Source: Bugula neritina (lineage: Eukaryota > Animalia > Bryozoa). Taken from it: a stretch of 64,000 nucleotides of DNA. The stretch lies in the NCBI GenBank assembly GCA_964035545.1, contig OZ037769.1, positions 9,950,633 to 10,014,632 on the forward strand, given 5' to 3'. The position numbers and the translations under genes are program-made. The notes under the pieces were generated by a model, which worked only from the letters and a program-made list of their open reading frames with translations, ran no database searches and was not told where the DNA came from. Shown here in pieces: positions 1 to 12,945 of the stretch (its first letter is position 1; the number at the start of each line of letters is the position of its first letter).

Positions 1-203
1 AAATTATATTTGAAATCCTGTGTTTATAGCACTACTAGCATTTGGTTTAAATAATGATACGGAAGTTTTGAAACAAGGTGCTCCTTTGAAAACCCTAACA
101 TAAATGGGGTCATATATTATCGTTTTAAAATTAGTTCTATCTCAATAATTTTATTTTCATTTTTAGTCGAAATATAATTTAAACTTCATGATAAAGTTTG
201 TCT

Positions 204-420
204 GGGGCAGCCATGGTCTAGGGGTTAGAGTGTTGGCTTTGTGAACACGAAGTCATGGGTTCGAACCCCAACAAAAGCCATTTGTGATGTTAGGAAAAGC
301 ATCCAGTCATAATTGCTCCTGTGCCTCATCTTATAGACAAGTCCTTGTAGCCTGTTCTAACAAAAACTCGTTCTACTGGAGGTTTCTCACAGGGATAGCG
401 ACTATAAACTTGAGTGAGAG
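204..420 (+). mobile_element. tRNA-derived SINE
   Basis: Pol III A box TGGTCTAGGGG (214-224) and B box GGTTCGAACCC (258-268), no intact acceptor stem, then a body of about 150 nt. Flanks ATAAAGTTTGTC / ATGAAATTTGTC resemble a decayed TSD. Confidence 0.8.
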
Positions 421-498
421 TCTATAATGAAATTTGTCCTCGACAAATTGTTGTAATGATACCATATAAGTTTAACCTAAAAGGTTTTAAGAGTGTGT

Positions 499-501
<3 letters not shown>

Positions 502-578
<77 letters not shown>
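502..578. repeat. (TA)n microsatellite
   Basis: Near-perfect TA run. Confidence 0.98.
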
Positions 579-580
<2 letters not shown>

Positions 581-625
581 TGGTCTATGATATGCCTATT
601 GCATGATTCTGTTAAAATTATTTAC

Positions 626-3600
626 CGGTTGTTTTGGGAGTTCCTACAATATCTATGAATCCCTGTCGTTGTAGCACTATTGTATATTTTGTTGGGTCGG
701 ATGCTTGTTGTAACTCTTGAAGGTGGCAGGTAGCTCAAACCAACTTTAGTGGATGTGCAATTCATCATTTGTCTCATAGCTTTGTTCTCTACTTGATATG
801 GATCTCCTGTGTTTTAGGTATATATAAGTGAGTAATCATGACAATCAAGATTGTTTAACTAGAAATTAATGGTTTCTCCAGAATTTTATTTCTTTTAAGA
901 TTTTAAGCTGATATTTGAGGTTGAACAATTTAGCTGTTAGAAAACTTGGAAAAATAACTTCAAGTTGATGTCTCATTGTTTAGTTAGTGGCTCAAACTAG
1001 TTGAAAATGAAGGATAACCAGCGTTTCAAAATATTTAGTTCTGAAAAGATACCTAATGTGAAATGAATTAAATCAAAAAGGATATTTAAGATAAAAACTA
1101 TTTATATATATCAAAGTCATTACACTATATCAAATAGAACTTTTTACCTCCGCCTTTAAAAGCAATTGCAATTACAATATACTTGTATAACCATTTTGGT
1201 GAATCAGAAATATTGATAGTAACAGAGCTGATCCTAAAAATCTAACAGCTCTTGGGTGAGCCAATGGTTAAAAATATATGGTTTTTCATGCGGCAGTGGT
1301 TTTCATATTATAGAAGAATCATTTTTCCAATTGGCAATATCTAGTTCACAAGCATGCAGTTGATGCACAAGTTGATAGTATTTGCAACATGCAAAGGAAA
1401 AAACTACTTACCAGTTTTAGACTTCGATGTTTCAGCTGGAGGTACAGCAGGAAGTTCCATCTATAAAGAACACCAGATGAGCTAAAGCTTCAATTATGAT
1501 TATTTACAATTTCATACTCTTATTATAGCACTTAAAATGTGTAACTATAATAATGAATTCATGCAAGTATATGAAAATCCAACCATATAATAGAAGTAGT
1601 ACTATAATAAGGTTGTTGGTGTCATGTAGCTAAAAGTCATGTTTTGGTATTATAGCTACAGTGTAGATGCTTTAAACATTATAGATTCAGAGCAGGTGGT
1701 ATTGGTGAGCACTATTCTGATTGTAAGCACTATAGCGCAATTTCCGCATAAAATATTTCTTAGTCTCACCATCTCACCATTTATATATTGTTTAGCATGG
1801 TTACATTCACCATACATAAACAATATGGCAAGTTTTCTAGCAAATATGGGCTTCCAGCAAGGTAAATAAAAAACTTGACTATAACCATCCATGGATAGTT
1901 CATAGCAACATTATGATAGTCTACTTATAAAATAACGTTCTTCATAGGAGTTCATTATATAACTAGAGATGAGAACAAATAAGCATTTACAGCCTACACT
2001 TGTCTGATTATATATACCTGTTGTCTCCTGGTTTTCTGATAACACATTTTACCAGGTCAGAACAAAGCTACCAAATAATGACAAGTTACTAGGTGTGTTT
2101 TGATTGCATTTTTAAGTGAAGTTGGTTTCAGTGACCAGCAAATATTAAGCAGCAAACATGCAATATACAAACTATATTATATCCATATGCAAACTCCTAT
2201 TAATATACAAAGTATGTATTAATCTACAAACTATGTAATAATATACAATCAATATATTGATATGCAAACCACATAATAATGTACAAAAAGCTATGTTTAA
2301 ATATTGTAATATATTATCTATATTGTTTATGAAATTTAGTGAGGAAACCCAGATTTAAATTATATGGTTCTTAAAATTATAGGACTTTTATAAAAAAAAT
2401 CCTGTAATTTTGTAATTATTTTATTATGCAATATATTTAAAAACAAATAGTCATACTGTATAAATAGCATACCTTGTCTAATATGACCCCGTTAAGTAAA
2501 TGATACTGCTTTAAAACATGTTGCTTTGATTCACGGAGAGGTTGCTTTAAATCTTGTGAGGCTTCATAGCTTAATTCTGCTGCCTGTAAATAATATACCA
2601 GTAATACTGTATATGCAGTGTGAGTAGCATGTGTGTGTCTGTGTGTGTCTGTGTGCGTCTGTGTGTGTCTGTGTGTGTCCGTGTGTGTCTGCATGTGTGT
2701 GTCTGTGTGTGTGTATATTATATTTTATATATCTTGTATAACACTCAATTAAAATTATAATATCAATAATAATAAATTTGTAACTAACATGCACTTCTTT
2801 CACTGAGTGTCTAGCTAGAAATGGTGCAACACGTGACTTGTTTTCTTTTACTGTTGTCTAATGAAATGTTTTGGCTTTTACAATGGTTTAAGAGATCCAA
2901 GTTGTAGATATTGCATTTTATTATTATTTTTCATGTATTTGATTGTTAAGTTTCTTTTTATGTAATTACAAATCTCAATGTTTAGTATGACCTGGTGCAA
3001 TCACATTAGAACAACAACTTAATATTCAAAGAAAGTGATGGAGAAAGAAAGTATAATGTAAAACTTCAAGCTTTTAGGCCAATGCCTATGTCAATGGTTT
3101 TTCATATATTCAGATGAAAGCTAATCAAATGTGATTTGCTAAAAGTTTTTGAAGTGTCTCAACCTCTTTCTTAGGATAAGAAATAATAAAATGTCTAAAG
3201 AGCAACACCCATCTGCAAACTGCAATAACACTTGACAAAAATATACTTTTTGAAGTTTTAAAATAAACATGTTTGTGAAAAGCAGAACAAACCTGGTTGC
3301 TATTAAATCTTTTTAAAGTTTTAATGCTGTCTAATGCTCATAGTAAAAGGCAAGCCATATCTGTAACTTTCAGTTGGACTAATTATTTTGCTAGCAATTA
3401 AAGCACATTTATCTAAAACATTTTATTAGGTTACAGCCATTTATAAATAAGGAAATAATTTTACCAAATTATACTTTTTCAAAGAAAATTTGAACGAAAC
3501 TTAACTTACCATAGCCTTATCGTTGCTGCTAAATCAGAAGTAATAGATGTAGTTATTAGACATACTAGATTTGCTGTATGCAGTATGCAGTACCATAATA

Positions 3601-6600
3601 ACACACAAGCATACAATGTTTTAATAATGCACACATTACATACTCCAATGCTACGCAACAACTTGAATGATGCAAAGTTGAAAAAATATTGTTCACTGGT
3701 AATATAAAACTGAACAAACTTAAATTTCAATATAAAGTACAAATAAAGTATTAAGAGCTTTGTTGTTAGAAACACAAGACAAACATTTTATTTATTTAAG
3801 ACTGTTATAGATAATACAAACAGTCTGCTATTAGTTCAATGTGCGTATTTATTATTAGTTACCAAAGTGTGTTTGAGGTTTTGCCTCAACACTCAAAATT
3901 TGTTGAATTTAAAGATATTCTTACTATTATTTTGAGGTTGCTTTTCTAGTCTTACTTTTCAAATTCCTCGGGTAAACTTAGTAATAGAATTTACGCATTT
4001 GTCGAAGCTACAATTTCAAAGTGGTAGTTGGTGATAATAAAACATTGTTTTTCAACAATGTCTCTAGCCAAATAGTTCGAACAAGTGACGTGCTCTATAA
4101 GATTACAATATAAGATTACAATATACAGAATTTTGAAGGTTGTATTTAGTCTACAGAGTTGTGTCTTCTTGTGACTTAATTTGAGAGACATGGGCTGAAG
4201 CAGTTGTCATACCATATTATGGGTAAACAAACCAAGGCATCAGCTAAGTTCTTACCCTCTTCATAACAACCAACTGGTAACTATTTTAAATTGATTTTTC
4301 TTTTTGGCAGTGGACAAAATTTTGCAAGACATTGTTGGGATTTCTGGTGCATTAATTTGGTTTTTACTCACTGCAATCAAAATCAGGTTTCACTATAACA
4401 TGAATTCTCTTATGGTAGATTGCTAAATAAAATTTAATGCACAAGACATTATCATTGAAAATTACAGTAATAAATTCCATTTAAAAGCTTGGCACCCCTG
4501 TTGCATAGGAAATAGTTTAATTACCAATCTAAACTTTTGTTTACATATTGAAAAAGTTTATTAAAAAGCAACTAAAACTAGTTGATGTTCTATAGTATGA
4601 TCGATAAACATATATATGTAGATATTATGATAAATATTAGAGTTACTCCCCCTGACACGCCACTAAAAGAACACATGACTTATATTTTAACACAATGGTA
4701 TTATTATTGCCTAATGACTAGTATTTTCCTTTCCCTTAATTCATGTACAATACTCATGCACTTGGTTGGGTTCAATTTTGCTGATTCATGAAAGCCGACA
4801 GTCGACCGAGGTTCGGCTCGCTGGCTTGCCGACATGTCGAATGTCGGTTACCGACATTCCAAATGTCAGCACACCTTGTCGAACTTCGGCCAACTGTCAG
4901 TTGAAGGTTCTAGAATCTCTTTATCTAAGTAGTATAAAAGGAGGCACATTCTGAGCTCCAGTCAGTTGTAGTCAGGAGATCAGACTGGAAGGATCAACTA
5001 TACCAATAGACCCACAGTACACACTACTCTACACTCTCTTATCTCTTCTCTTACAAGGAGTTATGTTCTCTGTCTGATTGCATTCAATAACCCACAAGTT
5101 ACTACAATATTACAATGTTAGAAAGTTCAGATAGTGGGTACTACTACTACTAATTAATATTGACGCTGACAAAAGCTGTAATTTGGAAGTTTAGTCTGAT
5201 CTGATAGGAAAATTAAAAGTTGAAATAGAGTTAACATAACTTAATTTATAGAATAAATGAAATTAGAACGATATAAGTGATATGATCAAATCATAATAAT
5301 ATAATATAATTTAACTATCATGAACTACATTATGTGGGTAGTATAATGTTTCTGCAAGCAGCATTATTATTTTATCTCAAAGAAGAAATGTACTGGAAGC
5401 ATTATTCAAACTAAATTTAAGATGGGTGCAAATCATTTCGTACATGCACAAGTCATTTCATACCACTTTTTCAGGTAGTTTGTACACATCTAATAGGTCG
5501 TTAGTACACATCAATAAAAATTAAATAAAATGCATATTTTTTATAGTTATTTGTTATTTGATGAATGAATAGTACAGAAATAAAAGATTATTATAAGACA
5601 TAGCATCGATCAAAAAAATGGCAGCATGTCCAATTATGATTTTTAAATGATTTATAATTATCATCATAATAGATAATAGATTGATACAAAACATCTATCA
5701 ACAGGTGACATGGGATGCAGTTGCAATAAATAATTAAACTAGTATTATTCAGCTTTCAAGTGGTTATCCAGTGGATTAATTTATTATTTATTTTAGGTAC
5801 GAAATGGATTATAGCAGTTTGTGTAAAAGCCACCATTTTGTATACAAAACAACTTGTGTACAAAAGGACTTGTGCAGGAAACAACAGTAGCTGTAGTTGA
5901 TGAAAGCTACTTATAACTATATTTAATTTTATTTCTGTAACCATAGCTGCCATATTTAATGGGTTGCAGTTATAAAAATATTTAAACAACATAATAGTTA
6001 TTGCAGATCAAAGTCAAGTGTTAGGTGTAGAGTGCTACAGTACTCGCTGCTTTACTGTATGGTACTGAGACCTGGAACGTAATATACAGTGTGCAGGTTG
6101 ACATACTACAAGCATATATGTTATGTGACATCCGCGCTCAATTATGGGTATCTCTTGGAGGGGCAATATTACTAACCAAGAACTACTAAAGAGAGCTAGT
6201 TTACCATCTTTAAAATCCCTCCTCATTCAAATGAACTAGAATGGCTAGGGCATCTCGTGAGGATGGACCATAGCCGTTTACCTAAACAACTTCCTTATTT
6301 GCAGCCGAAAAACATAACCAGGGAAGGTGCAGACTGAGATTTAAAGACACTGTTAAGCAAAATATGGAAAAGATAGATATGGACAAAGATAGCTGGTAAA
6401 GGGCGGCAAAATGTATAGAGACAGATGGAAATGCTTGATTAAACTAAACTGAAAATATTCATTGTTACTCCGACAGACTGCTATGATGATGATATATACA
6501 ATGCCAGTCGAGGACAAAAATATTAGCTTTCAAAAGATATAAATTATTACATACAGTTTTCTCTGATTTATGCACTGCTGAAGGGGAAGATGCCAGTTTG

Positions 6601-7117
6601 GACAAAAATCCTGAAACTTTTTGTCTCTTGACTGCAACATTAAGTCTTGTTTTTGATATGTTCGCTGAGCTGCGTTGGGATGCTAAAAAATAGAAAAAAA
6701 TGAGTTTATCTATATTTCATCAAGCATAGGTTTTGACTGTTTTATTATCACACTCTTGCTTTTAACAATTATGATACTGCTTACCATGCATTGATGTAGA
6801 CTTTGAATTAATACTGTCTAATATAATTTAGGAAGATTTACAATAATGCAAATGATATTATATTTTAAAGGGTGCCCACACGTTTTCTCTCACTAGAGAA
6901 CTTGCAGATTGTGATGTTGTGAACAACTGTAATAAAACAGTCCGAACTACAGACTACACAGTGTAATCAAACAAATAAAAATATCATTAGAGTTTTTAGA
7001 TACAATTTTTTGTCAAACTTTTTGTCTTTTGCTTCCGGTTCTTAAAATTGATCTTTTATATTACTTAGACTGCAATATGCATTGTTTGACCAATATAAAC
7101 ATACACACGCACACACT

Positions 7118-7156
<39 letters not shown>

Positions 7157-8364
7157 ACACACACGCACACTGCACACGCACACACGCACACGTACAAACA
7201 TACATGTACATACGTATACATAATTTACATATACACACACGCGCGCACGCACACACACATATATATATATATATATAATGTATATATATATTACTGTTAT
7301 AGTACTACAAATACATCAACACAAACAGCTATTGTCGGGCAGTAGTCAGTTTATACTCAAATATGCTAATTTAAAGAAAACAATTAACTTAGTTTGACTC
7401 GCCATATTCACTGCTTCCTGTTCGAGGCTTCCTTAACATGTTGTTATCATCATTGCATCTTGAAACTATGCCTTCTCTTATTGTGTCTTGTGTATTCCCG
7501 CCATGTATGCTTATGTTTTTATTTTCTGATTTTAGGGTAGACGATTGTTGAACTGTGCTTCCAGTAGCATGCATCTGTTTTGGACTGCTTAAACTATCCT
7601 ACAAATAAAAGTGATAGCTGCGAATAAATATGTTTACAAAGGATCGGTCAGACATTTATTACTGTTACTTTGTGTAAAAAGAGAACTTCATGTGAAGATT
7701 GGGCTGTAGTTACACCTATCAAAGCTTTTTAAAAATGTCATATCAAACTTTGCCACCTTACAAAGTTTTAGATTGAACCTCCCCAAAAAAATGTTTTATT
7801 TTTGTCAAACAAGTTATTTTTTCAAACTAAGTGCTTTTTGAAAAATTTTATGTTTGCATATATATATATTTATAGAAAAAAATATATATACATAAATCAA
7901 TTATATATGTAATTATATAGTATACAATGAAATGTTATACAATTGAACTACAAGCTTGCAGTTTAGATTCAAGCTATCTTTATAGAAATTCTTAATGTTT
8001 TTTAATAATTTCTTTATAATGAGCTGAGAACTATATTAACCTAATGCACGTTTTCATTTTCCCATTATTAAATCATCTTTGTCTTTGCTCTTTCTTAATT
8101 TTGCTAAAAAAATTCACTGCCACCTTCAAGTCACCACACAACATTTTTATGTTTTCTTAGTTTTGCAATACCAGCAGTTTTTGAAAATAGCTACCTATAC
8201 TAGGTCAAACATCTGGAAAAAGCATCGGTACCAGTTACAGCTTGAAATCAACAGATTAAAGTTTTTACAGCAAATTTAGCACATTTGGCTTTACTTAAAC
8301 ATAATACTATAGGTTTGGGCTAGATGAAATAATCCCAACAAGCAATAATGCTGACACTTACCAT
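626..8364 (-). CDS. Putative unrecognised multi-exon protein-coding gene (5' part, about 222 codons; continues beyond window start)
   Basis: Phase-compatible chain of exons with no stops: ATG 8364-8362|GTAAGT; 7598-7412 (or to 7403 with a GC donor); 4094-3995; 3528-3510 (19 nt); 2583-2473; 2035-2018 (18 nt, optional); 1460-1412; 806-626. Protein MDSLSSPKQMHATG...KHVTCSNYLARDIVEKQCFIITNYHFEIVASTNASNDKAMAAELSYEASQDLKQPLRESKQHVLKQYHLLNGVILDKKTRRQQMELPAVPPAETSKSKTGDPYQVENKAMRQMMNC... No family recognised. Confidence 0.6.
2630..2713. repeat. (TG)n/(GTGTGTGTCT)n compound microsatellite
   Basis: Direct reading. Confidence 0.95.
4617..5106 (+). mobile_element. Probable solo LTR
   Basis: TGTAG...CTACA termini; flanks ATATA/ATATT (5-bp TSD with 1 mismatch); CpG-rich U3-like block 4793-4895; TATAAAA at about 4933; AATAAC near the 3' end. 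Left boundary uncertain. Confidence 0.5.
5430..5880. mobile_element. Decayed non-autonomous DNA element with inverted sub-terminal repeats
   Basis: Left motifs (g)tcatttcgtac(a) and tgcacaagtcatttcatac mirrored on the right by gtacgaaatg and gtacaaaaggacttgtgca. Confidence 0.4.
6129..6493 (+). mobile_element. 5'-truncated RTE-clade LINE 3' end (dead, frameshifted)
   Basis: Translates with frameshifts to RSIMGISWRGNITNQELLKRASLPSLKSLLIQMN-RWLGHLVRMDHSRLPKQL..GRCRLRFKDTVKQNM..W..RDRW, the typical RTE post-RT C-terminus; ends in a (TGA)n tail. Confidence 0.88.
7100..7290. repeat. Imperfect (CA)n/(TA)n microsatellite
   Basis: Direct reading. Confidence 0.95.
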
Positions 8365-8799
8365 TACGATGTATCAAAGTTCTACCTTAGTTACAATCTT
8401 GACCTGACTGAGACAAGTTCGCAGTACATTAAATCATAATGCGTAACACAGCCTTGTTTTCTCTTAATTGGCTAATATGTAATAACAAAGGATCTTTTCT
8501 ACCACAAAATCATGATAGTGTATATAACAAAAGATCTAAAATAAGACAACAAAAGAAAGCTATGGTATTGCTCAGTATGTTTTAGTCCTTACCCTATGCA
8601 TTGCCATAGCTAAGGATAAAAGCTAATCTTAAATAAATATTGTTTTATTGTACTATAACTAAATAGTTTATGAACTGATAAGCATAACATCACAAGAAGG
8701 AATAGCCATACTGATACTAGTTTTTTCTATACAGAAAATAGTTTATTTGAAAAAGGAAACACTAAAGAGGTTTACTGCACACAGATTGAGCTAAATGTA

Positions 8800-9061
<262 letters not shown>

Positions 9062-10308
9062 CTCTCAATCCGTGTAATTTGTCCCCTAATCAGCACAGAA
9101 CAGAGTACCATGGCTCACACCATCGCAATTGTAGAAACTTATAGTTTTACTAAAGCATGTTTAAAAAGTATGTAAACTCAAGCCAGAGTGCTCAAGTGAC
9201 TCTAGGGGTCACCTAGGAGTCACGAGCCTTGCTAAATGCTAGCAGCTTGAGTTTGTGACTATGGTTAGAGTATATTTTGAACATTAAACTGAAATTATTC
9301 AAATAGTTGCATATTTAAAATTTCATGTTGCCCCCTTGAAAATTGACCAGCTCCTGTATATCCACCCCTTTCAAGCAAGAACCCCCTCCTCAGATTCAAA
9401 AAAGTTACTTGCAGATCTGAAATTAGCAGAATGTTGGCTTCGAAGTGATATATAGCAACAAAAATCAGGATTGATGTGCTCCACCTGCCCATTCTTGCAT
9501 GTTGGCACCCCACTATTATATAGCTTGTAAGATTTAGTTTGCATAACCAAGCTATGAAAATAAATCTATATACAGATTTCCAACTTTTATCATTTTATGT
9601 TAATGACGTTATTTAATTATTCTAATTTACTAAAAGAAGCTTTGATATAATAATTATATTTTAAATATTTATTAATTCTATTAATCAGCTTATAAAATTA
9701 TTTTAATCTTTGGTGTATTTTAGAGAGGGTTTATATTTTTTAATTTCTATACCAGAAGTTTTTTAGTGTTTTCGAAAATATTTGTGCGTTTTTCACTGAA
9801 GCGAATCAATAAATCGACTACCTTTTTTTTGAGTAGCCTTACATTTTGTATTTCTCAGTGAACGTGTAGTATGCAGATTACTGTGATGCACATATACTGT
9901 TTTAGTTAATTTAGAATACATTGCTTTAATTGTTGGCATAGAAACTTTGTTGTCACTCATATGTTATGGAAGTAAACAGGGCAGAATCAGGGTGTCTTCA
10001 ATGCAGCAAAGTTTTTACTATAATATAGCTTATATATAACACAATTCTACAAGACTAATGGAACAAAGCTTTGTATTACTATGAAAGTTTAAATCTAATA
10101 ACCTATTTAATTGTAAGTAATTTTTTCTGTTTATAGAAAGAATGAAAAAAATTGTGCTACAGTTAGGCTAAATTTGTTGACCCGGTTTTTAAAGAATCAT
10201 TGGAAAACAAGGGCCAGACCTAAAACGTTATCAAAGAAGCAATTCTTTGAAGTTAGCCTAGTCTGTATTGTTAATGAGCAATGCTGCTGTAAAACTCATA
10301 GTTTTACC

Positions 10309-10554
10309 TGGGTCATTTTACTTAATTTAGTACACACTGGAAATCTCCAGTTTTTAGCTAGTTTTTACAGTTTAGCTGCTAATGAACATAATTTTCTGCC
10401 CAAAACCAGTACAATATCAATAGATACACCTGAATAATCAAGGTTAATTTTAATTTTGTTTGATATTTCCCATGCTTTTTTCTAATTATTAAACTGTAAA
10501 AAATAGCCAAAAACTGGAGATTTCCAGTGCGTAGTAAATAAGTAAAATAACCCA
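10309..10554. mobile_element. Foldback/MITE with about 65-bp inverted arms
   Basis: 10309-10374 (tgggtcattttactt..cactggaaatctccagttttt..tttttacagttta) is the reverse complement of 10490-10554. Confidence 0.75.
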
Positions 10555-10784
10555 TTTTATTAAAGTTTAAACTACTAGCCAAACAAAAAAGTTAAAAGCT
10601 TCAATTCTTTTAGTTCTAAATAATGTTGAAAACTTTGCTCAACTGCATCTTAAAACTGCAAATTACCTGCAGCAGATTTTGCAGTTTAATATATACATGT
10701 TGCTTATTGAAGGCAATTGTTCTTTTGCAACTGTTTATTATAATATTATTTTTGGTTAAAGGGGTGTAAGGGTCACCTTCAGTT

Positions 10785-11227
10785 TCATCCTAGATAGGCG
10801 CTTCCCAGTTAGACGCTAATTTTATTTTAGTATCATAATAATGTATAATATAACTATATTATATAACTGTTGTATTGATTGCTAAATAGCTAATATGCTA
10901 ATAGCTACAATAGTTGATATAAAGTATCTGGAATAATAGCTCGTTTTTCATGAATTTGGGTGAAGCAAAAAACAGTAATACATTAATAATAGACATTATA
11001 TTTTTTAATGAATGATTATTAACAAAAAATATAGAATATGCCAAACAAACAAGTTAATGAAAATTACAGGAATGTATTTATGTGTTAGATAACAGACAAT
11101 TGATCTAAGTTCATTTAAATATACATGTACATATATTTCAATAATATTCAAATAACTTGCCCATAAAATATATATTGTACCAAAATAAATAAATAGCATC
11201 TAACTGGGAAGCGTCTATATGAGATGA
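10785..11227. mobile_element. MITE-like element with about 45-bp inverted arms
   Basis: atagGcgcttcccagttagaCgcta (about 10793-10818) inverted at tagcatctaactgggaagcgtctat (about 11194-11218); AT-rich interior. Confidence 0.7.
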
Positions 11228-12459
11228 CATCTTACCATCATTCCCATGGAGAAGAGGTTCCAGTGAAAATTTCCATAATTGATATTCCAATCTCTCTATA
11301 ATTTCTAGTCTTGCTCTAAAAACAAGGTGAACAAATCTAGTCTTATAACATAATCAATGGTTGAAAACCAACTGAGTACCAGGAAAGGATAACTCTTGTC
11401 ATTATAAGAAATTTAGGTTTTTTTTCTATGTATTTAAAATGCAGAAAATTCTAGTAGGAAGCACTTATTAATTTTTTTGTATTTTTAGCATAGCTATAGT
11501 TAAATATATGGCTAGAATATTTGATGGAGGGGGTTGTGCTATAAATTAATAATCTTTCATAGTTTATTAAACCTCAAATATCTTTTGTATTAAGCTATAG
11601 TAATGGTACTTGTAATTACTTGTAATGCTAGCATGAGTAGAGTGTATTTTAGCAAATTTAAACGGTTAAGATAGCAAGAAAAATGCATAGCAAAGCAAGC
11701 AGTTGGTCGCTCATTTTTCAAATATTTTTACTACTATATATTGGCATATATTATTATATTATGCATCCTAAATTTTTTATATATAGCATTAAAAAAAGTT
11801 CACAACACATAGCTTATGTTTTAAAATATTTTAAAAGATCAAAAAATTAAACTTTAGTGCAACATACATTTGCACAAGGTTAGTAATTTTACAAAAAAAT
11901 GTATAATGCATATTGGTGGCTATTTAGATTTTTGCATATATTGGCTGCTTTTTTCATGGTTAAAAACGCTGCTTTAAACAGCAACTTTGCCAGTATATAA
12001 AGAACAATGTATTTCAAAAGTTTTCACAGTACTGGTCAATGCCTGAATTATTCCATGCATCTGCCAGCATGAATTTTAAAATATTGTTGCAGTCATAGCA
12101 CATAACATTGAAATATAATGTCAAAAGAGTGCTATAGGCTACCTACGATATATAAGGTACAGGAGTTATGGTTACACACATCTGACACTTGACCATTCGA
12201 TAGTGATAAAGCTATGATTGGCTGGTTGAAATAAAGAATGGAAGTGAAGCAATAAATGGAGTGACTGATTAATTTTGAGACTGTAGCATAGCTGTGTTTA
12301 TATTGTTATACTGTCAAAGGATAAAAGACAAGTTTGATGCATTGATAAAACAACCGTTATATGATAACAATTGGTACTAAGGACTTAAGAGAGCACGACT
12401 TGTTTTGACATTCCATCATGGCTTATGATCCAAATTAAGGATTAGCAGAGTTATTAGAA

Positions 12460-12945
12460 AGCCAACAGCATGCCATCTACTTTACTTTTGCATCTCCTGG
12501 CAATTTTGCTGACAGATTTTAAAATAGAATCAGCGACTACAGATTCAACTACACCTTCTTTCTTCTACTCTCAGAATGAGGATTCTGGACTAATCATTGA
12601 AAGTATGTATCGCATGTAGTTTACAACTTTACAGAGTGTTGAAGGTCTACACTGACTTGTTGGTTTATGAAGCTCCTAGTAGTAGTGACATAGTGGTATA
12701 TAAATTTTAAAGAAACAGGAATTAGCAAAGAGTGATTGGTGTCTTTGAGTGATCTCCCCTAATAGCTAGTACAACAAGGCTTGTTCATCAAATCAACTTG
12801 AAACTTTTTCAAAAACTTACTAAGTATAAAATAATATATCCGCAGTACTTCTGCCCCTACATTGATGAACTCATATGATTCACTCACATACAAGCAGCTA
12901 TAAAGCAGTACTTCCAGTTTACAAACCGATGATGTCTGTATGTTA
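12460..12945 (+). mobile_element. Highly decayed LINE reverse-transcriptase fossil (CR1/L2-like)
   Basis: Broken but correctly ordered remnants resembling ILKNRI, Q-x-GF-x-TNH, IGVF-x-DL, PQ..VL..YIDEL, TDDVC; many indels and stops. Confidence 0.35.

Noticed and set aside
204-275. Functional tRNA gene
   Set aside because: A/B boxes are present but the acceptor and anticodon stems do not pair, and a SINE-like body follows
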